Source: Felis catus
Taxonomy: Eukaryota
Assembly: GCF_018350175.1 (NCBI RefSeq)
Contig: NC_058383.1
Location: 20,028,001-20,092,000 of the forward strand
Direction: 5' to 3'
DNA length: 64,000 nt
The translations under genes were made by a program, and so were the position numbers. A model generated the notes under the pieces. The model was given only the letters and a program-made list of their open reading frames with translations. It did no database searches and was not told where the DNA came from. Below are positions 47,919 to 60,556 of this stretch, piece after piece; position 1 is the stretch's first letter, and the number at the start of each line of letters is the position of its first letter.

Positions 47919-49202
47919 GGAAGGCAGTACATCCACATAGTTTGAAAATCTAAAGGCAACAAAAGATACATAGTGACTATCTCCCTTGCCCATCCCTTCC
48001 TCTGCCCCGTGCCCTTCCCACCCTCCTCCCTGCCCCCCCCCACAACCACTTCCTTTTGTCTCCTGAGCAACTTTCCAGACTTGCTTCATGCAAATGCGAG
48101 CATATATACGTGTTTTCTTGTTTCCTCCTCTTTTATTTCGGAGAGAACATACTGTGTCTACCGCTCCCGAGAAAGATGAGAATTTTCTACGGCCGAAGCA
48201 TAGGTTTGGAGACCTGGGCAGCAGGGAATATGGGGGACATGTGAAGGGCCTTGAATGCCACCCCAAAGACCCTCTCGTCTGGGCACATTCCGGGCAATGT
48301 TTCAGGTTTTCCTCCAAGTTATGACACTTTCAAGGAAACTACAAACCCAGCCAGAGTTATCAGGAGCTGTCTGATGGATTTTATTAAAAACCAAACAACG
48401 GCCACAAGCTGTCCCCGTCCCCCACCAAAAATTAAGAACAATGAAATTTGAAGCAAAGTTAAGCACCATGAATCTATCGCATTGGGAGCTAACTGTCTCT
48501 CTTGTTTTCCCCTTAATTTATTTTCTGGAGAACATTCACTGACTCGGAGAACAGCTCCCTTCCCTTTGTCAGCAGCCAGCCCTTGGAACCAAATTGCTGG
48601 CTAAAAAATAATGTGTTTTTATTAAAAATCACTTTACGCGGGTGCATATTTCTACGACAGATTCGCATATGGATAACCACCCAGTATTGCTTGCTATAGA
48701 TAAGTGATGAATTATTTTAATCAGAAATGGATTTAACAGCACTGCAAAAATAAATTTGGGAGATTTTTCACAATCTGGTTGTCTTTTCTGATTCTTCATA
48801 TTTATATTTAGGATTCAATGAAAACTAATAGTGATGGCCGGACATTCAATCAAACTTCCCCAAGCAGATTCATCCCGCCCATAATCAAGATTGACAGCCT
48901 CCCCCGTCGTTCTGGGAAACATCTCCAGGCTTTAGGTACAGCCTTAGATGGGAAAATGCGTACACAGGCTTTCTCCCCGAACACCAGCAGACATCTCTGA
49001 CTGCATTGGAGCGGGGCATAGCTGTAGTTAGTCAAACAGCATCCTCTACCGTGGGCTCGACGCCCCAGGCACCACATCGGGGGAGATTAGTACCGAATGA
49101 GTCAGAGAGGGCTCTGTCCTATCCCAGTGCCACAGCCACAGGCAGTCCCAAGATCCTCAGCAGCCTCTCACCGTTAACTGGTTGTTCTGGGAACTGAGCC
49201 TT

Positions 49203-49385
49203 GGTTTTTAAAGTTTATTTATTTATTCAGAGTGACAGAGCTTGAGCAGGGAAGGGGCAGAGAGCGAGAGGGAGAGAGAGAGAGACGATCCCAAGCAGGC
49301 TCCGTGCTGTCCGTGTAGAGCCTGACATGGGGCTCCCTCCCAAGAGCTGTGAGATCGGGACCTGGGCAGAAATCAAGCCACCCCT
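49203..49385 (-). mobile_element. Can-SINE, older copy with deleted head region
   Basis: Antisense body; TSD gaactgagccttggtttt / gaactgagccctgtttt. Confidence 0.9.
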
Positions 49386-50835
49386 GAACTGAGCCCTGTT
49401 TTATTTCACATCCCGGAATGAAGCTTCTCTGTGGACGCAGAAGAGTAGGTCCCGGGACTGGGGAGAGCTGAATGATCAGGAGACTGTATATCCATCAGTT
49501 GGGCGTCTGGGAGTGGAAGCAACGGAAAGAGATTTGGGCTTATTTAAGGCACAGGCCGCGGTACAGAAGCGCGATGCGAAACGTCACCAAATAGCTGTCA
49601 GTGTTTCATGGAAAACTCAGTGGGTTCTAGAGAGCGGGGAGCCCCTCTCTAACCTTTGCTCCTCTCTCTCTAACAAAAAGAGACCGAAACTCAGGCTCTC
49701 AGTTTTCATCTGGCGAATGATACTGAGCCACCATCATGTTAGGTTGTTGTCAAATTTGTCTTCGGGGCTACTTTTTGCTGGGGGCAATGCCGGTGTTTCA
49801 TTTCCAGTAGTGACCTCAAGTGTCACCTAAAAAGTATATGTATTTGAGAAAATGAATGAGCCAAATTCAAGACACTATGTTAAGGCAATCCCAGGACGGG
49901 GAGGGAGGAAGCCGTGAAGATGACATTCCATCGAGTACATCTTACTCATGTTGGTTTGTGGGGCAGGGAAGGGATCGAAGGGTTCAACGGGGAAACATGG
50001 GATAGGCATGTGTTTTCTAAGTTCCTCAGGTGCCCTACATAAATGAATTGAGGTCTAGTTTCAGCTTATCAACAAGTGAGGTCAACATGCCCCCTTATGC
50101 CCCTCCAAGTCACTAATGGAAAGGTTGTCTGGGACGGGACCAAGGGCAGAGCCCTGTGACCCTCCCGTCCAGACCTCCCAGCTTGACTCCAATCAATTAT
50201 AAGCACCTTTGGCCAGGGGGGTACAGCTTCTTACGACGTCTCTCATTCTAGGGGCTCACGAGAGGGGAAAGGTCTTCTTTCCAGAGGCATGCGTATCTCT
50301 GGAATCCAGAGGACTCAACAGAACCTCACGCTCCTTTTTTTCCTAGTAAACCAATATCATCAGTTTTTGTTCATCAAGACATCGCTCTGGGTTGATGGGG
50401 CTGACATCACCAGCTGGGATTAATATGTTTCTTCCCTCCTTCCATTTATTTGGAGAATCTCATTAAGGCAGGTTTCCTTCAGGAAATTGATGCTTTAATA
50501 TTCTGCGTTGTCAGCTGAGGGCTTGAATTTTATTTCTTGAATAACATTTAATTAAACGCGCAGGCTCCCTTTCCCTGACGCATCAGCGATCACAGCGCTG
50601 AGCCCACCTCCGCCGCTCCTCGGAAAATCAGCAGAAAGCCAAGTTGGGGGCCAAAGTCCTGCGGAGCAATAAAGTTTATGGCCTGTGCCTCTGTTGTAAT
50701 TAGTGTCCAGGGTCCTGCTGACACAGCCTGTTTCAAGTGCCTTGACCAAGCCTCAACCACCTTGCAAAAGCTGGTGCCCGGATCATAACCTGCATTTTGT
50801 CCAAGAGATGTCCTGGAGGGGACTCTCCTACATCG

Positions 50836-50985
50836 AGAGGTGACAAACCAGGACCTGTGGGCCAAGTTCAGCTGGCTGCCCAGTTTTGTAAATAAAGCTG
50901 TGTCGGAACACAGCCACGCCCATCATGTGATGTGTTGTCTATAGCTGTGTTCAGAACTCAACAGCGGAATCCCAGACCCTGTGGC
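50836..50985. mobile_element. MER58A-like fragment
   Basis: ttttgtaaataaag...ggaacacagccacgcccat...ttgtctatagctg. Confidence 0.8.
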
Positions 50986-51084
50986 GGGTCAGTAAGAAAG
51001 GACTGGAACATCCTGTAGCGGACCTGGGCTTGTGTTAGGCTGAGTGCTTGCTCCATGTCAAGCGTTTTGTATCCTTTGTCCCAT

Positions 51085-51640
51085 TTCACGCGTTCTTTCA
51101 ACAAATATTTGTCGAGCACCTACTACAAGGCAGGCGTGGTTCTAGGTGTTAAAGATGGAATGCTGAACGAGCCAGGGAGGGCCCAGCTTTATCTGCTGAA
51201 GGAGAAAGGCAGACAATACCCAAGTGCCCCCCAAAATATGCAAGAGGGAGCATTTCAGATTATCACACAGATCACAGGGAAAATAAGCCAGTGTGATGAA
51301 GTGCACGGGTGGGAGTGTTCAATAAGGTGGTCAGGGAGGGCTTCTCTGAGGAGGTGACATTTAAGCTGAGCTGTGAATGATGAGTATGAACCAGACGGAG
51401 AAAACCCTGCAGGGGGAGCATCCTGGGTGTGTGTGTCGGCGGGGGGGGGGGGATCAGCTAATGCAAAGGACAAGTGGAAATAGGGAGGAGAAGGAGGGAG
51501 TCAAGGGAACCTGGTGAGAAGTGGGATCAGGAGGTGGGGAGGAGCCCCTGGGCAGGGCCACGTGGGCCCTGCTGTGGCGTCTGGACCTTATTTTAAGTCT
51601 AATGGCAAGCCTAGGAACACTGACCTAATTTCCTTTTAAA
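51085..51640 (-). mobile_element. L2 fragment
   Basis: ttcaacaaatatttgtcgagcacctactac; gtggtcagggagggcttctctgaggaggtgacatttaagctgag. Confidence 0.85.
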
Positions 51641-52050
51641 AATTCCCTTTACTTTCCATGACATAATCACGAGGTTGGTATTTCGAACCTAGCACCCTTC
51701 CTGTAGGTTTTCACTTTTTGTAGTTAAAAAAAGATCGTATTGCTTCCTCTCAGATAAACGTGCTCAGCGTTGTCACAAATGTGGGAGGCTTTGCCCAGAG
51801 CCAGCCCATCAGCAACTGGCAGGACCGGAGCTTGAACCCAGCTCCGTCCGACGCAAAGGCCACAGCTCTGGGCTTCCCCGGGGTGAGGCCAGGCGTGGCG
51901 AGCCTCAGTTTCCTAAACCCGTAAGATGGGTGAATCATGGTTCTTGGCTGGAAGAGGACAAAATGCGATAATGGGCCTAAGGAGTGCGAGGCATATACGT
52001 TTTTGGGGAATCGTCTTCTCATCCTTTCTCCCCTGCCCTGATTGTGGAAA

Positions 52051-52280
52051 GAGGAAGAGGGGGAGGGGGAGGGGGAGGAGGGGGAAGAAGGGGGAGGGGG
52101 GGGAGGACCAGGTGGGGGAGGAGGCGGAAGAAGGGGGAGGAGGAGGGGGAGGACCAGGTGGGGGAGGAGGAAGGGGAGGACCAGGTGGGGGAGGAGGTGG
52201 AAGAAGGGGGAGGAGGAGGGGAGGACCAGGTGGGGGAGGAGGAAGGGGAGGACCAGATGGGGGAGGAGGCGCAGGAGGGA
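52051..52280. repeat. G-rich purine minisatellite, 5 x gaggaccaggtgggggaggagg core with alternating linkers
   Basis: Directly visible; many G4-G8 runs. Confidence 0.92.
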
Positions 52281-53291
52281 GCAGTGGCCCAGGGCAATAA
52301 CCAGCACTCCCCCAGAGTCCCTGAAACCCTGTTAGAGAGTCAAAGGGTTGAGGGTTGAGGGTTGTTAGAGAGTCAAGGCCCTTGAGCCATTTGGGCTGCC
52401 TAGAAGAAGCAAGCGCTCCCGGTCGAGCTAGCCGGCGAGAGCCCGACGGTGCGGACTGGGATTGAGGAGGCCGGCTGTTTCCCAGATAAGAAGGCCGAGG
52501 CTCAGACCGAACGGGCTCCCAGCCCAGGTCTCAGTCTCCGGTGTCCTTGTCTCTGGTTCTTCCCACAAAGCTTCAAGGTTCAGGCCCGTGAGAGCAGGAG
52601 GAGACCACCAAGGCCTCGGCTCTCCCTTTCGGGCGCCCGCACGGAGCGCAGAATGAACTCCTCCTCCAGGGCGGTGGTTGCCCGCTGTGTAGATGGTACA
52701 CGCATCTGCCCGAACCACCCCGGGAGCCTTCAGACTTCCTGATGGTGTTCCAGGCCACCGTGCTTGATCCGCGTCTCCGGGGGTGAGAGCTGGGCATTAT
52801 TAACATCTTAAGAAACCTCTCCAGACGTTTCCAGCATGCTGTGGTCAAAAACTGTGGCGGGTGCTGGGAATACAGCTGTGAACAAGAAAGACAGAGCTTT
52901 GACCTCCTAGAGCTTATTGCTTGGAGGGGAGAGGAAATAGGCATGAACCGTATTATCTCAGTGTAGACACATAGTTAAGGCCTGGGGTAGTCAAAAAGTT
53001 CTGGGGGCCACGAAGGTGGGCAGTGGAGAGCCGACTAAAGCAGGGGTGATGGATGGGTCCCCCCGAGGAAACGATGCTGAGCCGAGGTCTGAAGGATGGG
53101 CCGGTACTGACGAGGGGCCTTTTGGTTCTGCTGTCCCCGGGGCTTCTGCCTGGTGGCTGGGACCTCCAGACAAGACCGTGTTCAGCAGTAAGCTCCTCGT
53201 GACCTAAGGAACCACTGGACATCAAGACAGAAAGGATATTTTGTACTGTATCTTTCCTTAATTTCTTTTAGTTGTAATGTTGTCACCCTGC

Positions 53292-53294
<3 letters not shown>

Positions 53295-53328
<34 letters not shown>
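53295..53328. repeat. (TG)17 microsatellite
   Basis: Perfect dinucleotide run. Confidence 0.99.
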
Positions 53329-53329
<1 letters not shown>

Positions 53330-55113
53330 ACATGCCTGTGTGTTAGGATAGGATCCACAGTAATCTAAGTAGTTTGGGGAAAAGTTATGCAGATGGCCAT
53401 TCGTGATATTTGTCCCCAGGGGCTAATTTAAGAGTGAGGGTGTGGGGAGGGGATGCTTGGTCCCATTTGGTTGAGGCAGAGAGTGAGGGACCCATGGCGA
53501 CCTCCCATTTCAGCCTTCTTTCCCCTTATTTGGATTGTGGATGGACAGATCTTCCTTTAATCTATTTTTAGAGACATTTCTATATCCATACGTCGATACA
53601 GTAAGCGAGTATAATGTTGAGATTAAGAAGATCTGTCACCAAAAAGACCGTCAACCACTGCATCGTTCTTCTTCCTCGTCGCAGATACGCGATCTTTTTT
53701 CTTCAGAGCAAGGCGAGTTTTTGGCTTACTTTATTTAGCGCACAGTCAGAGGTCATTAACCTCACGTAACTCACGGACGTCCTCCTAATGTGGTCTTGAG
53801 AGAGAATCTCAGGCGATAGTTTGATGATTTTTCTAAGACCCTCTCGGGGGACTAGATGAAGGGCACGCAAAGCATTCTGGGTGGTAAGCACAGCACATGC
53901 AAAAGCCCTGGGGCGGGAAGAATCACGGCACGCGGACGGCACCCAAAGGAAGCCAGAGTGGTTGGAACTCTGGGGAGCGAAGGTGAGGGGCAGGCTGGAA
54001 GCACCAGAGGGAAGTAGAAGATGGGCCGTCTCCTTGGGGCTGTGGAGTAGAACCTGAGCAGATCGTGTCATTTTACGCGGCTCACCCGGGCCACGGGAGG
54101 GAGAGTGTGTTGATGGGGGGGCCTGAGCGAACGGGCCCACTGGGGAGACACAGCTCGGTGGGGTGTCAACAGGCGGAAAAAAATACATGTAATACGAGCC
54201 CACGTTTAGAAAGAAGACCCAACAGTGCCCCCCCCCCCACACCCGCGTGCCTGGGCGGGGACGCAGCCCTAACACAGAAACACCAGCGATCATCCCAATG
54301 GCAGGGAGCCACTTGGGGGCCCGGGGAGGTGGCTGGGGTTGAGCGCGGGGTCGTGGAGGAGGCCCGAGGCCGCAGCTACTGGCTGACTGGTGTGGGCGTG
54401 TCTCAATATTCCGTGACAGAATGTAAAACAGAATAGTGCAAGAGGAAAGTTAAGTACGGGGGCTTTGAAAGGAAGCACCCACCCCCTCCTCCAGCTCCCC
54501 TCCCCTGTTGCGGGGACCTGGAAAGAATGGCCCCTCTTCTTCCCTCCGTGGCCTCGCCTGTTTCCCACTCACCACCCAAGACCTCTAGTCCCACCTTCTA
54601 CGGAAACTGCATCTGCCAAGGTCCTGCGTGCCCTCGCCCCCATCCGACGCTAAAGCCGATGAGTGCTGCTATGGCCTCCTGCTGGGGGAGTGCAAGGTCA
54701 GAACTGGACAAGCTTCCAGGTTCCGTCCCGGATCTCTGTGCGACCGACGACCCGCCTCACCGCTCCCCGGTTTCCTCACTGGCACAACGATTGGGTTGGG
54801 CCATCCATCTGATCGCCCCCCCTCCCAGGGCTCTGCTGCGTCTACCCCGCCGGTCGCCAACCGTCGGTCTGCCCCATGGTGCTGGTCCTTGCTTTTCTCT
54901 CCTGGACCTACGTGCCTTCACTTTGCAGCGTCCAGACTCGGATGTTCACCGGCACCCGTATCTTTCTTCAGCCAGGGTGAAGTCTCATAAACACCTGCTT
55001 CTTGGGCGTGTCTTGCCATCTGAAGTTACACAGATGTTGTTACCTTCAACTCATGCACAGTTAAATCCACTGTCTCCCCACCCCTACAATGTGGTCTCTC
55101 TCCGGTGTCACTC

Positions 55114-55268
55114 TTTTTTTTTTTGAGAGACAGAGAGTATGAGTGGGGGAGGGGCGGGGGGGGGGGAGGAATCCCAAGCGGGCTCTGCATTATCAGCTCG
55201 GAGCCCGACACGGGACTTGATCTCACGAGCTGTGAGATCGTGACCTGAGCTGAAGTCAGATGCTTAAC
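55114..55268 (-). mobile_element. 5'-truncated Can-SINE
   Basis: Antisense body stops at tgcttaacc; degenerate TSD gtgtcactctt / gtgtccctctt. Confidence 0.9.
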
Positions 55269-57806
55269 CCGTGTCCCTCTTAATGATGGCAGCCTCCGCC
55301 ACTCACCCGGGAAGTAACAGAGTGTCATCACAGATTTTTCCCTCTCTCAATGGGTCATTGGGCCTTGAGTTGGAATCCCCCATTTTTGCTCAGCTGTCAC
55401 ACCAGCCTTCTCCTTGGTGTCCCTGCTGCTCGCATTATGTCCTTCCAATGCACTTGCCTTACTGCTGCCAGAGGAGGCCTTTCAAAATGCAAATCTGAAC
55501 ACGTCCTTCCTCCCCCTAAGACCTTCACTAGCTCCCCATTGCCCTTGTTTTGAAGACTTGTATCATCTGATCCTGCCTACCTGTCCAGTGTCTTCTCCGG
55601 TTGCTCACGTGTGAACATGACCCCCTTGTCGCAAGGACCATTCATCCTCAAAGTGTGGACCGCTCTTTCTCCCTGCCATGCCTCTGATCACATTGTCTTC
55701 CACGTTGCTCGTCTTCCCTCCACACCGTCTGCCTCTCAAACACCTGTTCATTCTTCTGGAATGAGCATTTCCTCCTCTAGGAGGTCCTGCCCGACCCCCC
55801 TACCCTGGTCTGTCCGCCTCCACTGGCCCGTGCGTCTCAGTCGCCCCGACAGTGCATCTACACCGGCTGGCCGAGAGGGGACGTTGGGGAGACCCCGCTT
55901 ATTCCTGACATTCACTTGCTCCTCAGGACAGTGTCTCTGGGAGCGCGTGAAGATGGGGCCAGGATCAGAGGGACGCTCAGCTCACTCAGCTGTGGGGACC
56001 TCTTTCCAGGACAAACACAGAGACAACCCAGGCCATCTAGAGTGTGAGCCGCCTCTATGCAAGGACACAGCCGCACCACTGGTTTGCTGTGTGACCCTGG
56101 GCTAGTTACTTAACTTCTCTGGCCCGTTTCTGCAGTGAGGGAGGTGGACGGCTCCTCTCCAAGCTGGGCCTGTCTCATTGAATGGCATCGTGCACGTACA
56201 TTATTTAGCACAATCTCCGGCGCAGGGAGAGCTCCAGGCGTGTGGTCTTTGCTGAGTCGCCTCTCTCGCTGGGATTTGTACAGGGCCGCTTCCTGCCCCC
56301 CAGGGTCTTCCTCCGGGTCTGCTGTTGCTCCCCAGGTGGCCCGCGGGCTCACCTCAGCCCACGAGAGAGCCTGGCAGGGCCCAGAGTGGGAGGGTGAGCT
56401 GGTGAGGCGGTGGGTGGCTGGGCCGACGAGCGTGTTCGGGTTGATCTACGAGGCCGTTCGCAGGAAGGATGGCCTCAGTTCTGCCCCGGAAGTGTGGCCT
56501 GAGTCGTAGTGCTGAACCATCTCCCGGGCTGTCAGACATTTCACGGGTGCCTGTCTGGACCGCGAGACACTGTATATGCCGTGTCCCTGCCTTGTGGTCC
56601 TGCCGCCTGGTCGCTCAGGCATTTTGAGTCCTGTCCCACCTACTCGGGGCCCGGCAGGGTGTCTGTCTGTACCTGCAGGGGTGAAGGCAGGCGGTGGGGA
56701 AGGAGGAACAAGCAGGAAGGGTGAAGGGAAGCTTGAGAAGAGAGAGCGTCACAGAAAGAACGCTGCGCCCTGGAGATGATCGGTCCTGGGGTCCGCTGTG
56801 TGATGCGGGCCTCCCCGGGAAGCATGTGTAGGGGTGAGAGTCACATGAAACGGGTGAGAGTCGCGTTTCAGTTTGAACCTAACAGAGGCTCTAGCCGCCA
56901 TCCCAAGAAAAGTGCCAACGAACCCAAACTGCCCTCTGCCGCGGGACCTCGCTCCGTCCGCCCGGCTGCCTGGGAGTCCGCCTGGCCTCGGCCCGGCTCG
57001 CTTCTGGTCACGTCTCGGAGGTCAGCTCATGTGTGACTTCAGGTAGCCTGCCCTGACTTCTCCATTTATCCTCTGACACAGCATCCTGTTTTTTCCCGGA
57101 AAGCATTTATTGCCGTTGGTAATAATCCGGCCACTTGACCGATTGCTTATGATCTGTTTCCCTGCACACCTGTGCCCTCTGCTTGGACAAGGGCCGCGTC
57201 TGTTTGGGGATGGAGCCCCAGGGTCTAGCGTGGCGTGGGGCCTGGCACGGAGTAGGGACCCGGTGCATGGCTGCCGGATGATTGAACAGATGGACAGACG
57301 GACGGGTGGTCAGCCAGCCGGTCACCTGAGCCGGCCCTGAGAACTCGAGAATGAACTTATTCATTGCCCTGGAACAATGACATGGGCGTCCCTTCCAGCA
57401 TCACAGCGCAGCCCTGACCTTTGGGGGAGCCCGAGATGGTGGCATGGGCTGCCGCTCTGGTTCCCCCCCCCCCCCCCACTGTTCTGGGAACTTTCCACTT
57501 GTGGTGGCGCCTCCTCCGCCCGGCTCCGCCCGACACAGAGCTAGGCACACCGAAGCCTTGTCAAGGACTTGTTCCCTTTTGCTCGTGAGCCCCTCCAGGA
57601 ATCCGCTCGAAGAGAGCTTCAATAACACTGAGATCGAATTTCCCTCCCGCCTGGGGGGGGGGTGGGAGGGATCAGGGGATTAAAGTCAGATTTCATTTGA
57701 TTTTAGGCAAATAAAGTACTGTGACGTTGATTGCAGACCTGGGGTACGGGAGAGAAATCCTGACCTGCTACGTACGGCCTCTGCCCAGCAACAGCGTTGC
57801 GCGCTC

Positions 57807-57824
57807 TGGCCTGCAGGGGGCGCC
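57807..57824 (+). promoter_or_regulatory. Candidate CTCF-binding motif inside a CpG-rich patch
   Basis: TGGCCTGCAGGGGGCGCC closely fits the CTCF core consensus TGGCCACCAGGGGGCGC. Confidence 0.45.
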
Positions 57825-58452
57825 GGCCTCTGCCCGCAAGCAGGGTTCACGGGACACCAGAGCTTGTCCGCCGAGTCCTGCGCCCAGGGAATGCAAACCC
57901 CTAGGGGATTTGGCGCCCGTTCTGGCCCCAGCCTTGCATGGGGCAGGCATTGGAGGAAGGCAGCGAGCATAGGTCGTGGACGGTGCCAGGGAGCCGTGCG
58001 GGCGCGGGGCAACGAGGCCCGGACTGGAGCAGGGCCAGTGGGAGAAGGGCCGGGACCGCGGGTAGGTGGCGCCTCGTCTCCACGACATTCGGAGGACGGA
58101 GCACGAAATGAGTTTTGCCCTGCTCTTCGCGGGTCCTTCGGTCCTCTGGTTGCAAAAGCCCGAGTGCGCTTTACGTTTCAGGCTTTTTTTCCCCTGACAA
58201 AACCAATGTGTGACACTGTTATCAGATCTGCTGGAGAGGCCCCCCGGGAGAGGACATGCCATCCACTTGTCCGTCCCTTCGTTCATTCCTCCAGGAAACA
58301 CTTACTGAGCACCTACTGTATGCCAGCTTCTATTTGGGGAGCCGGGGAGCCAATAATGAGTAAGGCAGACCAAAAGGCTCGGTCTCGTGGAACTTATATC
58401 CCAGTGGGGGAAATAAACAATAGACATTAAACGTTAGAGTTAGAGCATTTCT

Positions 58453-58687
58453 GGGGGGCCTGGGTGGCTCAGTCTGTTATGCGCCCGACTCTTGATTTCA
58501 GCTCAGGTCGTGATCTCATGGATCTTGGGTTCGAGCCCGGCATCTGGCTCTGTGCTGACAGTGTGGAGCCTACTTGGGATTCTCTCTCTGTCCCTCTTTC
58601 TCTCTGCCCTTCCCCTGCTCGTGCTGGTTCATGCTCTCTCTCTCTCTCTGTCTCTCTCTCAAAACAAATAGATAAACTTAAACATAA
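58453..58687 (+). mobile_element. Can-SINE, older copy
   Basis: ggggggcctgggtggctcagtc head, body, (CT)n, A-rich tail. Confidence 0.94.
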
Positions 58688-59105
58688 GAATGTTTTATAA
58701 TGCAATCAGAAAAGCAGTCAGGGGAACAGATACAGACAGAGAAGAGACAGTTGCCATGGAAGTGAGATGGTTCCAGTGAGCCTCGTAGGAGGTCAGATAT
58801 TTGGGCTAAGACTCTTCCAGGCAAAGGGACAAGTCGGTGCAAGGGTCCTGGGGTAGGACATTGTCTGGCAGACACAATTTTCACCTTGCCCACTACACTC
58901 CTTATCTCTACTTTATGTACACTCCCAAAGCGGGGCGCATCTACTCTGGGGCTCACCTCCACGCGTCAGGAGAACACAGGAAATTTCAAGATGACCAAGG
59001 TTCGCTTCACTGGGGTTTCAATTTTATGAAAAATTTTTTTTTTAATATTAAGAAGTAGGATGCAAACTTAGAGGAATGTTTAAGTGAAAATGGGAGGCTT
59101 GCAAG

Positions 59106-59171
59106 GTCAACAAAACTGGAAGGCAACCTCCAGAATGGGAGAAGATATTTGCAAATGACATATGGGATAAA
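59106..59171 (+). mobile_element. 66 bp internal L1 ORF2 fragment between 13 bp direct repeats
   Basis: Translates VNKTGRQPPEWEKIFANDIWDK (L1 ORF2p motif RQPxEWEKIFAN); flanks ggaggcttgcaag at 59093-59105 and 59172-59184. Confidence 0.88.
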
Positions 59172-60336
59172 GGAGGCTTGCAAGAAATACCATGCTTGTG
59201 TTTGGAGTTGCTTCCAAACTTCTCTCCAGAGCCCTTGTCTCGGGGGCCCTGAGAGAGTTGTGCTGTCATTTTGGGTGGCTGGGTGGGAGAGGATGAGGTC
59301 CTGGGCTGGGTGTATACATCTCTCTCTCTCACCGGGCTTTGTCTTTTAAGGTCATTGTTGCCGCTGCTGGGCACCTTGAGGGCATACAGAGCATACCCGT
59401 TACAGAATAGTCCTTCCCCATCTTCTTGTTTCTACATGAGCTGCCCGTGGCCCTCGGAGGCCTGGGCTCAGATCTCTCTCTCTAAAGGCCTCATGGGCTT
59501 CAATTCATGCAGGTGCCGAGACGGTGAGAAAAGCCAAGGAAGTGGTCTGGGTGTAAGACAACAGGGAGTAGTGAGGAGTGTGGCGAACTGGAGAGCACCC
59601 TCACCTTACAGAAGGAGCAGTTTCTCCTTACCTCCAGGTAGATGCCGGCAACTACATTTTCCAGTGCTTTTAAGAAAAATCAGACATCCGGGTTGTCATG
59701 CAAAACACATTGAGTTTTCAAACACAGATGGCTATATTAAAATATCTGTAGGCAAAATTTGGGGAGAGACACCAGCAAATACATCCGCAGAGACCCAGAG
59801 CAAGAGATAAAGCCTCCCCAGGAGTCCTGAGTAGCTGACTGAGGCCCAGCGACATGTGCTCTGTCCAGTCCTTGGGCTGGAACCTGCCTGATCAGATAAG
59901 ACTCCTTGGCGGGACTAGTCACCTTCAAGGGTGAGTGAGTTCATCCTGGAGAGACCTGAAAGGAGGGTGGGGGAGGGTCCGGCTGAAAAATCCCAGTTCC
60001 CTGCTCAAAGATGGAGACTGGGGGGGGGGGGGGTACATGTCCAAACTACGTCTATACCACTCTCTACTTGTAAGAATTAAACATACTTAATCTGCAAGGG
60101 GGAACTCGCTGGCTCATTAAAATAAAGCATTTAAGGGGTTCTCGATTCAGGTATGGTTGGATCCAGGTGTTCAGAAATGTCCTCAGGAAGCTTCCTCTCT
60201 CCTGTGACTATGCTTTCCTCTGTTCTGATTTTGGTATCAGGGAGGCCCCTACCCCAGAGTGCCAAGCGGTTTGTCTGCAATGGCTGATTTATATCTGCCA
60301 ACTTAGAAACCTCTGTAGAAATAGTGCATATTTTCT

Positions 60337-60556
60337 TTTTTTTTTTAATTTTAAAAAATGTTTACTTATTTTTGGGAGAGACAGAGACAGAGTATGAGGC
60401 AGGGAGGGGCAGAGAGAAGGGGAGACAGAATCTGGTGCAGGCTCCAGGCTCTGTGCTGTCAGCACAGAGCCTGACGCGGGGCTCGAACTCACCAACTGCG
60501 AGATCATGACCTGAGCCGAAGTCGGACGCTGAACCGACTGAGCCACCCGGGTGCCC
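60337..60556 (-). mobile_element. Can-SINE inserted in an old MLT1-like LTR (~60065-60770)
   Basis: TSD aatagtgcatattttct / aatggtgcatattttct. Confidence 0.96.

Noticed and set aside
51750..52358. Gly-, Pro- or Glu-rich ORFs resembling RGG or acidic proteins
   Set aside because: Derived from the G-rich minisatellite; multiple frames on both strands are open
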